Shown: positions 39,101 through 48,171 of the stretch, one piece after another
Layout of the letters: each line of letters begins with the position of its first letter
Position numbering within the stretch: the stretch's first letter is position 1
NCBI GenBank assembly: GCA_048013815.1
Contig: CM106586.1
Location: 9,486,001 to 9,550,000 of the forward strand
DNA length: 64,000 bases
Direction of reading: 5' to 3'
Source: Setoptus koraiensis
Lineage: Eukaryota; Animalia; Arthropoda
Notes under the pieces: model-generated
The model's database searches: none
The model's input: only the letters and a program-made list of their open reading frames with translations
Told to the model about the DNA's origin: nothing
Translations under genes and position numbers: made by a program

Positions 39101-42100
39101 CTAGAGTAACGGGCCAGCGGCAAATGGCTCCCTCTTTTCTTTGTTGGCAGCAACAAAGAAATAATGGCGCGCTCATTTATTTGCAACTCTAAGCGATACT
39201 GTCCGCCAATGTCCGCCATCGGCCGCCACTGATAGTTACATGTATGTAACTATATATATATAACTGTAGTTATATAATGCTCACCTGATTAGCTGACCAT
39301 TAATCAAATGAATAACTCGACTGCTAACTGCGAGTTGCCTCATGCCGCTGCTCGCGACACATCTATTTACGTACTCTTTGTACGGATATCCACTCCCAAA
39401 CCGTGGATATCCGCCACGCACACAGCATAGATATCCATGCATGAATCGCTCCCGAACGCTGCAGTTGGGGCTCGTTGGGGCCCCGACGAGCTCGTTGTTT
39501 CCAGCTGATGAGCTCGTTGTTTTTGGCTGATGAGCTTGCTGTTTCCAGCTGATGAGCTCGTTGCTTTCGACCGACGATTTAGCTAGCGGTTTGCGCTCTG
39601 GCAGTTGGCTCTCTCGCCAATTGCTTGTCGCAACACGCAATTGGCGAGTAATTAGCTAGTGTTGTGCCAGAATACCTGTTAAAATTTGCTTTGTTGCTGT
39701 TAATTATAGCGGCCATTTAGAAATGTCCCACTAACCTGAGTCTGTCCATTTTTGCATCGTTTTGCAGGGCCAGATCATGTGCCAATTGAACACAAATCCG
39801 ATGAGGTCGCAAATCCACACACTGGACATCGTAGGTAAGTATCGACGCAACTCGCGCCTATCTCTCTGGCCCAATCAGCCAGTGCGTGTGCCATATGCCG
39901 TATGCAAATGGGCGCCGATGGTACGTGCCCCTGGCGCTCGCGTCCACGGGGCCCCACACCCTTAATGTCGCCCGTAACTGGCATATAAGCATATATAAGC
40001 CTATGTAACTTGATGGCCATTGTGAGCCAGCGCCCGTTAAGCCGGGCCGGCCATCAAGTGTGTGCGTTGTTCATTTGTATCACGGCGCCCCCGCTATTTC
40101 CGTTTTGCACGGCCATATGTGGCCGCCTTCAGATGGTTACGTTGATTATTGATGGCACGTCTCGGCAAGCCCCAGATCGACTGCTGGCCAGTCAATAGCG
40201 GGGCCCAGAAGTCAATGGCGACGCCGGCTGAAAGCAACGCGCCGGCGGAAAACAACGTGCGCCGGCGAGGTGAGCACGTTAACACGTGCAAGTGACAACG
40301 GGTCCAGTGTTTGTGTTGTGAGCATTGGACAGTTGCCGACAAAACTGGGCGCCAAAACCATCTGCATTGATATGGCCAAACGGCCACAACAATGCAGTCT
40401 CGTCGCGCTGATATATGAGAGGGGATGCGGGCCCCCGCAAAACGAGCCATATAATCGGTATATGATGCAGATGAGGGGCCCATTGGATGAAATGAAACTT
40501 AATGATGGTCCGCTCGTGATTGCGCTCTCACGTGCATCATCGGCACTGACAATGGGCCCAGATTAGCATCTTGTTAGCCCCGTGATCTATGGCTCCACTG
40601 TGTGGCATTTACAATGGCATTGCGAACAGTCAATCCGCGGCACGGGGCCACTTGCACTCTGCAAGTGGCCCCATGCTGCAACAATCCGGCCGGCATTCAA
40701 TCAGCGCACTTGAGCCTCACTGGGCCCGTGCCTGGGCCATTAAAAGGGGCCCATTGTTCTAATTGTGTGTCGCCTTAATCTCTCCCTGTCCCGTTCCCAT
40801 TGTGCCGTTGCATTGTTTGTTGTGCATACGTGCATACGTTCGCCGGATCAAATCAAAATGGAAACGAATCAAAGAATCGCCACGAATAATCGATCACTTG
40901 ACCAGCTCCAATTTAGAGCCAATTAAAGAGGGCTCAAATGTGTCGCTGAGATGCGGCGCCACCGGCCTGCCCACGCCCGACATCAGCTGGCGGCGCGAAA
41001 CCGATCGCACCAGACTGGTCCATTTGTCCAGCAACAGCAACGCCACCGACGGCCTCACAGGGTCCTCTTATCTAGCCAATTCGTCCCATTCGTCGCTTGG
41101 TTACGACAGCCAGGCACCGGAAACAGGCACGAGAATTCACTCGGATATTCACTCGTCGGAGATGCACGTTGTTAAAAGCGGCACTGACAATGCTGCTGCT
41201 GCTGCAATTGACACTAATAATAGCGACAATTACCGAAGCAGCAATCACGACAACAAGACCATAACGGTGCAAGGACAGTATTTAAACATAACCAGAGTGG
41301 ACAGACGCGACATGGGCTTCTACGTGTGCATTGCCTCGAACGGGGTGCCCACGAGTGTGTCGCGACGCATCTTTCTGCCCGTATCATGTAAGTATTATTA
41401 TGAGTGGGCCAATATCCACGCGTGAATATCGCCCGAATCCGGCTAAAAAGATAAATTCGGTTAAAATTCGAGGTAAAGTTGAGTTGAGATAAAGTTGAGG
41501 GCTGAAATTAACCTCTAAATCCTGTTCGCCCACAATGACTGCGTCGCATCAGTTGGGCCCATGCTGACGCCCAGCAAACACCAGAGAGTGAGGCCGAGCG
41601 GACGCGACATTGTGCTCTACTGTGATCTAGAATCTTACCCCAAATCAACCGCACATTGGACATTCAATGGGAGGGCCCTGTTTGAGCCGCAATTGTTGTC
41701 GCAATCGAGCAAAAATCTAAAAAGCTCAAGCAGACGCAGCAATTATGAGCTGAAATATCTGGCCCGAAGTGACAGCAACACAGTCAAAGTGGCCAGATCG
41801 GCGTCACTGGCCACTGGTTTGCAACTGGAGCTGGCCAATGCCGAGCGACTGGCTGACAGCGACGACAGTGATGCGGACGACAAGTACGAGATGTCCATAA
41901 TAGACGATGTCGACAATTACAATTACAAATCTATTCTCATGCTCAAAATAAAGGACTTTCAACAAACCGACTACGGAGTGTATATATGCGTGAGTATCAC
42001 ACACAATACTATGATTTAAGTCTCTGTATAGAGTCGTATCTCTCGACACATCTCATACAAAAATCTATCGTTTGTCACGTTGACACGTTTCATCTAACAT

Positions 42101-43074
42101 GTTGTGCAATGCCGTGCGCATAATGTCATCATGATGCTGCCAAACAGGCGGCCAAAAACAATTTTGGCGAGGCCCAAGCCAAGATAAACGTCTTGCCAAA
42201 AGATTATACGCGCTTGGTGCCAATTGTGACGGCTGCAGCATCGGTGCCACAAAACATGATACTCAGCCAGCATCGGCTACACCATCAACAGCAACAAAAT
42301 AACCACAACAATGGCTCGGCTAATGGCAAAGCGACAAACATTTTCACCGTTAATGGTGTCAAATACATACAAATTGGCGCAGCGTCCAGCGTATCGCTGG
42401 CACCATCGCCAAACAGCAACATCAACAACAACAACAACAACAGAATCGACGACAGCAGCGCCGGTCATGATCTCAAATCAGACATCAATAGCAATGGTAA
42501 ATTTAATCCGTCGGCCATGGACAGAAACAGGCAACGAGAGGCGACCAGCAACAACAGAATGGTCGCCAAGCCTCCCATGAATGGTGAGTGTCGCGAAGAT
42601 GAGATCGCGAAAAGCCGCAAACAATTTCAAACAATCATCAGATTAGTTATTTAGTTATTAGTTATTTGCAGCCACTAATAACCACTAATACAAATTTTAT
42701 TTTATTTTATATTATATTTTATATCTATCCTCTCGTCCGTGTGTCCGTGTGTCTCCGAAACAAACAACGCAGACAATCACTATAATCATTCGAACAACAT
42801 TGATAGCGGCAACGATAAACTAGATGCATCATATAATGCAGCTGATAACGATGATAATCATCTTGATTTAAGGCTAGATCTGAACGATAACAACAATAGC
42901 CTAGACCTACAATTGCTGCACCAGAGCAGCAGTAGCTCGTCGAGCAGCTCACTTAGGCCGCCACTTATCTTGCTCAGGTCGCTATGGCCGGCGTATGTGT
43001 ATTATTTCGTCAAGCTGCAACAACACAATTGGTGGCCGTGCACTTTGCACTATAACTATTTGCGCCCTCGTTAA
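30135..43074 (+). CDS. DIP (Dpr-interacting protein)/Lachesin-family three-Ig cell-surface protein; 8 exons: 30135-30403, 30526-30630, 30834-30897, 39768-39834, 40875-41387, 41553-41989, 42148-42583, 42773-43074; about 730 aa
   Basis: All seven introns are GT..AG and the phases join into one frame. Signal-peptide-like MILVAIITLQVAQA. Ig1: VTFKCGVKNIGKHRLSWIH...LHIDNVQLTDKGQIMCQLNTNPMRSQ. Ig2: EGSNVSLRCGATGLPTPDISWRRE...DMGFYVCIASNGVPTSVSRRI. Ig3: LYCDLESYPKSTAHW...DYGVYICAAKNNFGEAQAKI. The Ser-rich stretch plus hydrophobic tail is compatible with a GPI signal. The start could be an upstream in-frame ATG (29976). Confidence 0.87.
31657..31710 (+). repeat. 14-bp array (CCAGAYACTGGCRT)x~4 in intron 3 of the Ig gene
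   Basis: Copies at 31657, 31671, 31685 and 31699. Confidence 0.85.
37380..37520 (+). repeat. Degenerate (CAA/CAG)n tract
   Basis: One of many such tracts; others at about 585-665, 3140-3280, 4140-4340, 7150-7280, 18300-18400, 28880-28970 and 55375-55470. Confidence 0.9.
39488..39563 (+). repeat. 22-bp array (GAGCTCGTTGTTTCCAGCTGAT)x3.5
   Basis: Copies at 39488, 39510, 39532; partial copy at 39554. Confidence 0.88.
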
Positions 43075-43668
43075 TTAGCATACTTATCTATTGTTCAATC
43101 TATGCTGGACACATCCTATCGTGTTTACGTTCTCTACCATCATCAATTTGGTGTTGGAGGCACGAAACCAAGAGTGGTCTCTCACACACCAATTTCCAGC
43201 ACCAAGCCGTTGTCTAATTATGCAATAATAGCACCATAACAATGTAATGTAATGTTCCTAAACAAAATCGTTTTGTATATAGTCGAATGTATTTAGAGAG
43301 AAAGAGAGCATAAAACTGTATATAAAGAGCATTTTAGAGATCTCATTAGTTGATGAGTGGCTCTAGCGATGATTGATCAGCAACAATCATTTGCATAGTT
43401 GACGTTTATTGTTACGCAATGGTAACTCAATATCGCCAACTAACATCAATTGTAATTCTTGAAACGTTGGCAAACGTTTAAATTGTTTAACATCCATTGC
43501 GCCAACATTTGCATGGCATACAATGGACGATTCAGTGGAATATTTTTACGCGACATTCGTTGGCGACATTTGGAATTCTTGTTTCAGCGTAGACACAGTT
43601 AGATATAGAATTGGCATTAGAGGTTTGAAAAATAATCTGCAGCTCAGTTCACGATCGTCATAATCACC

Positions 43669-44660
43669 ATGGTAGATGCTGTAGGTTTGGCGACTATTCT
43701 GTTGGTGCTCAGCGCCTCTTTTTGCCAGCTTGTATCTAGGGTCGATGGATTGAATTCATTAGTAATTTTGATATTTGTTTTAGGATCATGACCGCTGTGG
43801 TCTCAGTTGGTAACTTTGTTATTGCCGTCTGGCCTTGCTGCCAGTGATCCCGGGATTTAAAACACCTAGGCTACCTTGTTGTTGTGAATGTTATTGTGAA
43901 TGTACCATAATTTATTTTTCCTGACTCACTCTCGGTAAGGGCACAGTATTACCGAAATAGAATCTCGATTCAAGTAGGTCGCCAACAAGCAGACACACGG
44001 TAGTTTGCAACGACACAAGAAATTTATCAATGGATACAAGACTCACATTTGCCACTCTCAGACTGTCAAAATCCCTCTGATTGGGCACCTTTGTGTATGG
44101 CCAGTCTGTCTACCCTAAAAAACGACATCATGCCGAAATCAACATGTGTTTTTATCAATGATAGCGAAATGAATGAGGAACCAACCGGATGAACCGGATT
44201 CTTTTAGATCCTGCAGTGGAGCTGCAGACGACTCTAAGGACGATGATGCGGTGGTGATGCGGTGGTGACGGATACAGTGTGAATTGCGCTATCAACACCC
44301 ACTTCGACCCAAATCTCAGATATATAAACGAAGATGCAGGCAATGAGAGAAGCAGATTCTTGTTTCGGGCGGAAGTTCCTATCAGTATTAGAGCAAGTAA
44401 AAGATTATTGAAGAGATTATGCTAGACGATAAGTTATTCGCTTGAGCGTGTGAAAGAAATAGGTCCCTGAAGGCTATAGTCTGTATAGGCGACTTGCTGG
44501 ACCCATGTTGAACAAAAATCAGTCCACTGATTAGTGGCATCTTTATGATGTATCGTCTTTGGGTAATGGTTGCGGCTACAAGTATGGTGTTTATATTAAA
44601 GTTACTCGCTTCATCAACTGGATAAATTATAATCTAAAATGTCAAGATGGCGCAATGTAA
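43669..44660 (+). pseudogene. Degraded trypsin-like (S1A) serine protease pseudogene
   Basis: Collinear S1A motifs in shifting frames: LRLSKSL*LGTFV then WPVCLP* (44098-44118); AVVT(G); RFLFRAEVPI (AEVPI 44369-44383); CIGD-[1-nt frameshift]-AGPML (44482-44510); D*WHLYDVSSLGNGCGYKYGVYIKVTRFINWI...* (44529-44660). A possible signal peptide MVDAVGLATILLVLSASFCQ starts at a caccATGG (43669). The 5' boundary is uncertain; evidence is strong only for 44040-44660. Confidence 0.72.
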
Positions 44661-45370
44661 TAGTTATGGCAATCGTTATTCAGACAGTGACAGCAGTTTC
44701 CTCTACATACATTACACGCTTTTCCACATCTACCCTTCTTTTGGCCATGAACTCATATTTTAGCTGGCATTAAGATTCGTACCTGTACAGTTTTCTTCTA
44801 GAATTTCCATGATTAGGCACATCTTTACTAATTGAACGATGCTGACAGTGTCAGCATAGAAAGCAGCATGTGGTCTTGTTGACCAGTGCCAAGAGTTGAC
44901 GTATTTGATAGGTTGCCCAATAATAACAATTTTTGCGACGAGTCACCTGGGCAGCGCTGATAAAGGTACTGTATTTGCGTAGGTGTGACGCTTCACAATT
45001 GTCAGTCAGAGAAAAAAACTCTCCCAGATTGATTTGACTTTTTGTCGGGCGCCTCCGCGCGTGAATCGTGCGACGCGTGGATATCATCTGAGATATTCAT
45101 GAATTTGACATTTGAATTTGGCGCACAAAATCTGTTGTTCTTGAATGATACTTTTCAATCCTCACAAGCGCTTCTTGACAATGATGATCACGCGTTTAAT
45201 TTTTTGCAAACGGCCACTTGGATATTTAAAGTGTCATGATTGTATTGATTACACATTAATTATATCATCATTAATATTAATGCAGTTTCTCATCAGTATT
45301 ATTACAACTGTCCTTGGTTTCATTACAACGTAAGGCTCTGCCTTTCTTCGCCTGACAACCAGAAGTATAC

Positions 45371-46526
45371 ATGGCAGATTATTTGGCCTCGATCTTTGGA
45401 ACGGAAAAAGACAAGTAAGTGACAATTGCCAGCCCACTGTGTTCGGCCCCTGTCATCACACAATCATCACTCATCAATATAATCGTCCACTGTTTTCTTT
45501 CACTTTCATTATCCATCCAGGGTCAACTGTTCGTTTTACTTTAAAATTGGAGCATGCAGACACGGCGATAGATGTAGCAGAATTCACAATAAGCCCACAT
45601 TTAGTCAGACCATTTTGTTACAAAATCTCTATGTAAATATACAAAATGCCGCTCAAGCTAAAGGAGAGCGTGTATCAGATGAGGAGGATCAGCGCCATTT
45701 CGATCAATTCTTCGAAGACATTTACGTGGAATTGTCAGAGAAATATGGCGAGATTGAAGAGATGAATGTTTGCGACAATTTAGGCGATCATTTGATTGGT
45801 AACGTTTATGTTAGATTCAAAAGTGAAGATGATGCCAAAAAAGCAGTGGACGACCTTAACGACAGATTTTTCGCTGGCAAACCCATCTATGCCGAATTGT
45901 CTACGGTAACAGACTTTAGAGAAGCAGGATGCCGACAATATGAAATGGGCGAATGTACACGCGGTGGATTTTGTAATTTTATGCATCTCAAACAAATATC
46001 ACACAGTCTAAGAAGAGAACTATTTGGAAGCTCACGCAGATCTCACAGGCGATCCAGATCCCGAAGTAGCCACTGTAGACATAGAGACGACCGAGATAGA
46101 CATAGGGATGACCGAGACAGACATCGCGACAGGCATAGAGATAGGGATAGAGATCGTGATAGAGACAGGGATCGAGACAGAATTAGGGACCGCAGCGGCA
46201 GGGGCAGAGATAGAGACAGGGACAGGGATAGAAACAGAGACCGCGACTGGGATAGAGACCGGGATAGAGAGCGAGACAGAGGTAGAGATAGGGATAGAGA
46301 TAGAGGCAGGGACAAAGATAGAGAACGAGACAAAGATCGAGGTAGAGATAAAGATAGAGACAAACGCAGAGATCGAGACAAGGAAAAAGAGAGGGAAGAT
46401 GAAGAAGGCGAAGGTAACGCAGAGGTTGCTGTTGTGGCTGAAGAAGAAGAGGTACCTCCCAATGAAGAATGTGTAGAAATGAATGAAGAGCAGCCCCCAG
46501 TGGGTGAGGATGAATTATTACAATAA
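45371..46526 (+). CDS. U2AF1: U2 snRNP auxiliary factor small subunit (U2AF35/U2af38); 2 exons: 45371-45414 and 45521-46526; 349 aa
   Basis: [15 protein letters not shown]|[37 protein letters not shown], the UHM ([20 protein letters not shown]) and ZnF2 ([19 protein letters not shown]). The 106-nt intron (gtaagt..ccag) falls after 44 coding nt. Confidence 0.96.
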
Positions 46527-46575
46527 TAATCTCACTGATCAACTAATACATTGATTATGTAAAATTCCATTCAAT

Positions 46576-48171
46576 CTATTTATTGATTAGAGAGGGTGCG
46601 TAAGAAAATCCTTGAAAGGCATCTTCAGGAAAGCTATTGGTAACACCAAGATCGTTATGTCTCCACACAGACGATGGTATCGGCTCTGTTATAAATTCTG
46701 GATCGATGTTTCTAACATCTAATTGGTCCGCCTAATTGATAAATTTCAATATTTTTTTTCCGGACGTAAATTAAAAAAGTAATTTTAGAATATGTGTCAA
46801 AAATGTGTATCTCTTGCTTGCTTTCCATTCAAGTGCAACAGGGTTCACGGGGATGTGTTACCTTGAATAAAAAGCGCGAAAAATAAGAGGATGACTTCAA
46901 GATGAACACTTACAACATTGGGATTGTAGGGGGGGCGTATATTTTTGGCCTCTAGATCCATCCAATTGATTGAGCGAAAGAATTCATGGCCCTTGACCTC
47001 GTCGGCTCCACCAATGAAACCGAGCCTGGTTTGTTTATTTTTTGATAGGAGCTAGAGGACGATAGAACAAGTTATGAAAGACTGTGATTAGATGGATGTA
47101 TATAACTGGCAACAGGTGTTTTTGAGCCCTATTAGCACCATGAGATAATCTGTTGCGATAAGTACACACGTAAACACAACCACACACATACTAACACACG
47201 CATAGAAAAACAATAAGACGAAAACAAGTTGTTGTTGATAATGTAAGAATGTTGATTAATTGTCACATCCCACATGTACTCAAGCCGCTAATACTACTTA
47301 CTCCTTCTAAAATGTGGCGAGACTCTTGTGATGTGTTACTTCTGAATCTTAATGGTTGATTGAGAATGTTATCATACATTTCGATGCGATCTTGACTAAA
47401 GAATGGCGGCAAACCAAATAGCATCTCATATAGTACAGCGCCTAGACACCACCAATCAACATTACGATCATAGGCTTCTTTTCTAATAACCTCTGGAGCC
47501 AAATATTCAGGTGTGCCGCAAAAAGTTGTTGTGGTGTCTAGATTGTGTAATCCCTCTTTGCTAAGACCAAAATCTGTTAGAACTAAATGTCCTGAACTAT
47601 CTAATAATATATTTTCTGGTTTTAAATCTCTGTAAACGATACCCTCAGAATGGAGATAACCTAACGCTGATGTAATTTCGGCAGCATAAAACCTGGCCCT
47701 GGCCTCCTCAAAGACTCTTTCTTGTTGTAAGTGATAAAACATTTCACCGCCATTGGCATAATCTAAAACAAAATATAACTTGTCTTTAGACTGAAATGAA
47801 TAGTGTAAACCAACTAGGAAGGGATGTTTTAAATTTTGTAATAGAACATTACGTTCTGACATAACATGGCGCTTTTCGTTGTGCTTCAAAATCATTTGCT
47901 TGGATAACACTTTGATGGCATAAATTTTAGTTTCTTTCTTATGTTTAGCTAAATACACCTTGCCAAATGAGCCCTTGCCAATAACTTTTAGGAATTCAAA
48001 ATCGTTTGGAACTACGTGCAATCTTTCACTTGAGCCTAAGTTGATGGTATAATTGTTGTTGTTATTAGTTTGGTGTCGACAATTAATTGGATTCGGTGGG
48101 GCCTGACCGTTGATGTCGGCGGGATTATTGTGACGAATTTTTTGTATGGCACCTCTTAGGGCTAGAATCAT
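46576..48171 (-). CDS. SGK: Serum/glucocorticoid-regulated kinase (AGC family); exons 48171-47302, 47051-46914, 46731-46576; 387 aa from ATG 48171, upstream exons possible
   Basis: INLG..E....[42 protein letters not shown] and [12 protein letters not shown]. Two GT..AG introns restore the AGC tail [11 protein letters not shown]...HEFFRSINW...RPPYNPNV|[17 protein letters not shown]...FQGFSYAP*, including the hydrophobic motif. Confidence 0.92.
46866..46871 (+). terminator. Candidate U2AF1 polyadenylation signal (AATAAA), antisense within SGK intron 2
   Basis: First canonical AATAAA I found on the + strand after the U2AF1 stop at 46526. Confidence 0.35.

Noticed and set aside
44839-44857. Palindrome ATGCTGACA-G-TGTCAGCAT upstream of U2AF1
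   Set aside because: A 9-bp arm with a 1-nt spacer is not unexpected by chance in 64 kb and has no other support.
46024-46542. Overlapping ORFs 46024..46476 (+), 46043..46462 (-) and 46183..46542 (-)
   Set aside because: Alternative-frame readings of the U2AF1 RD repeat.
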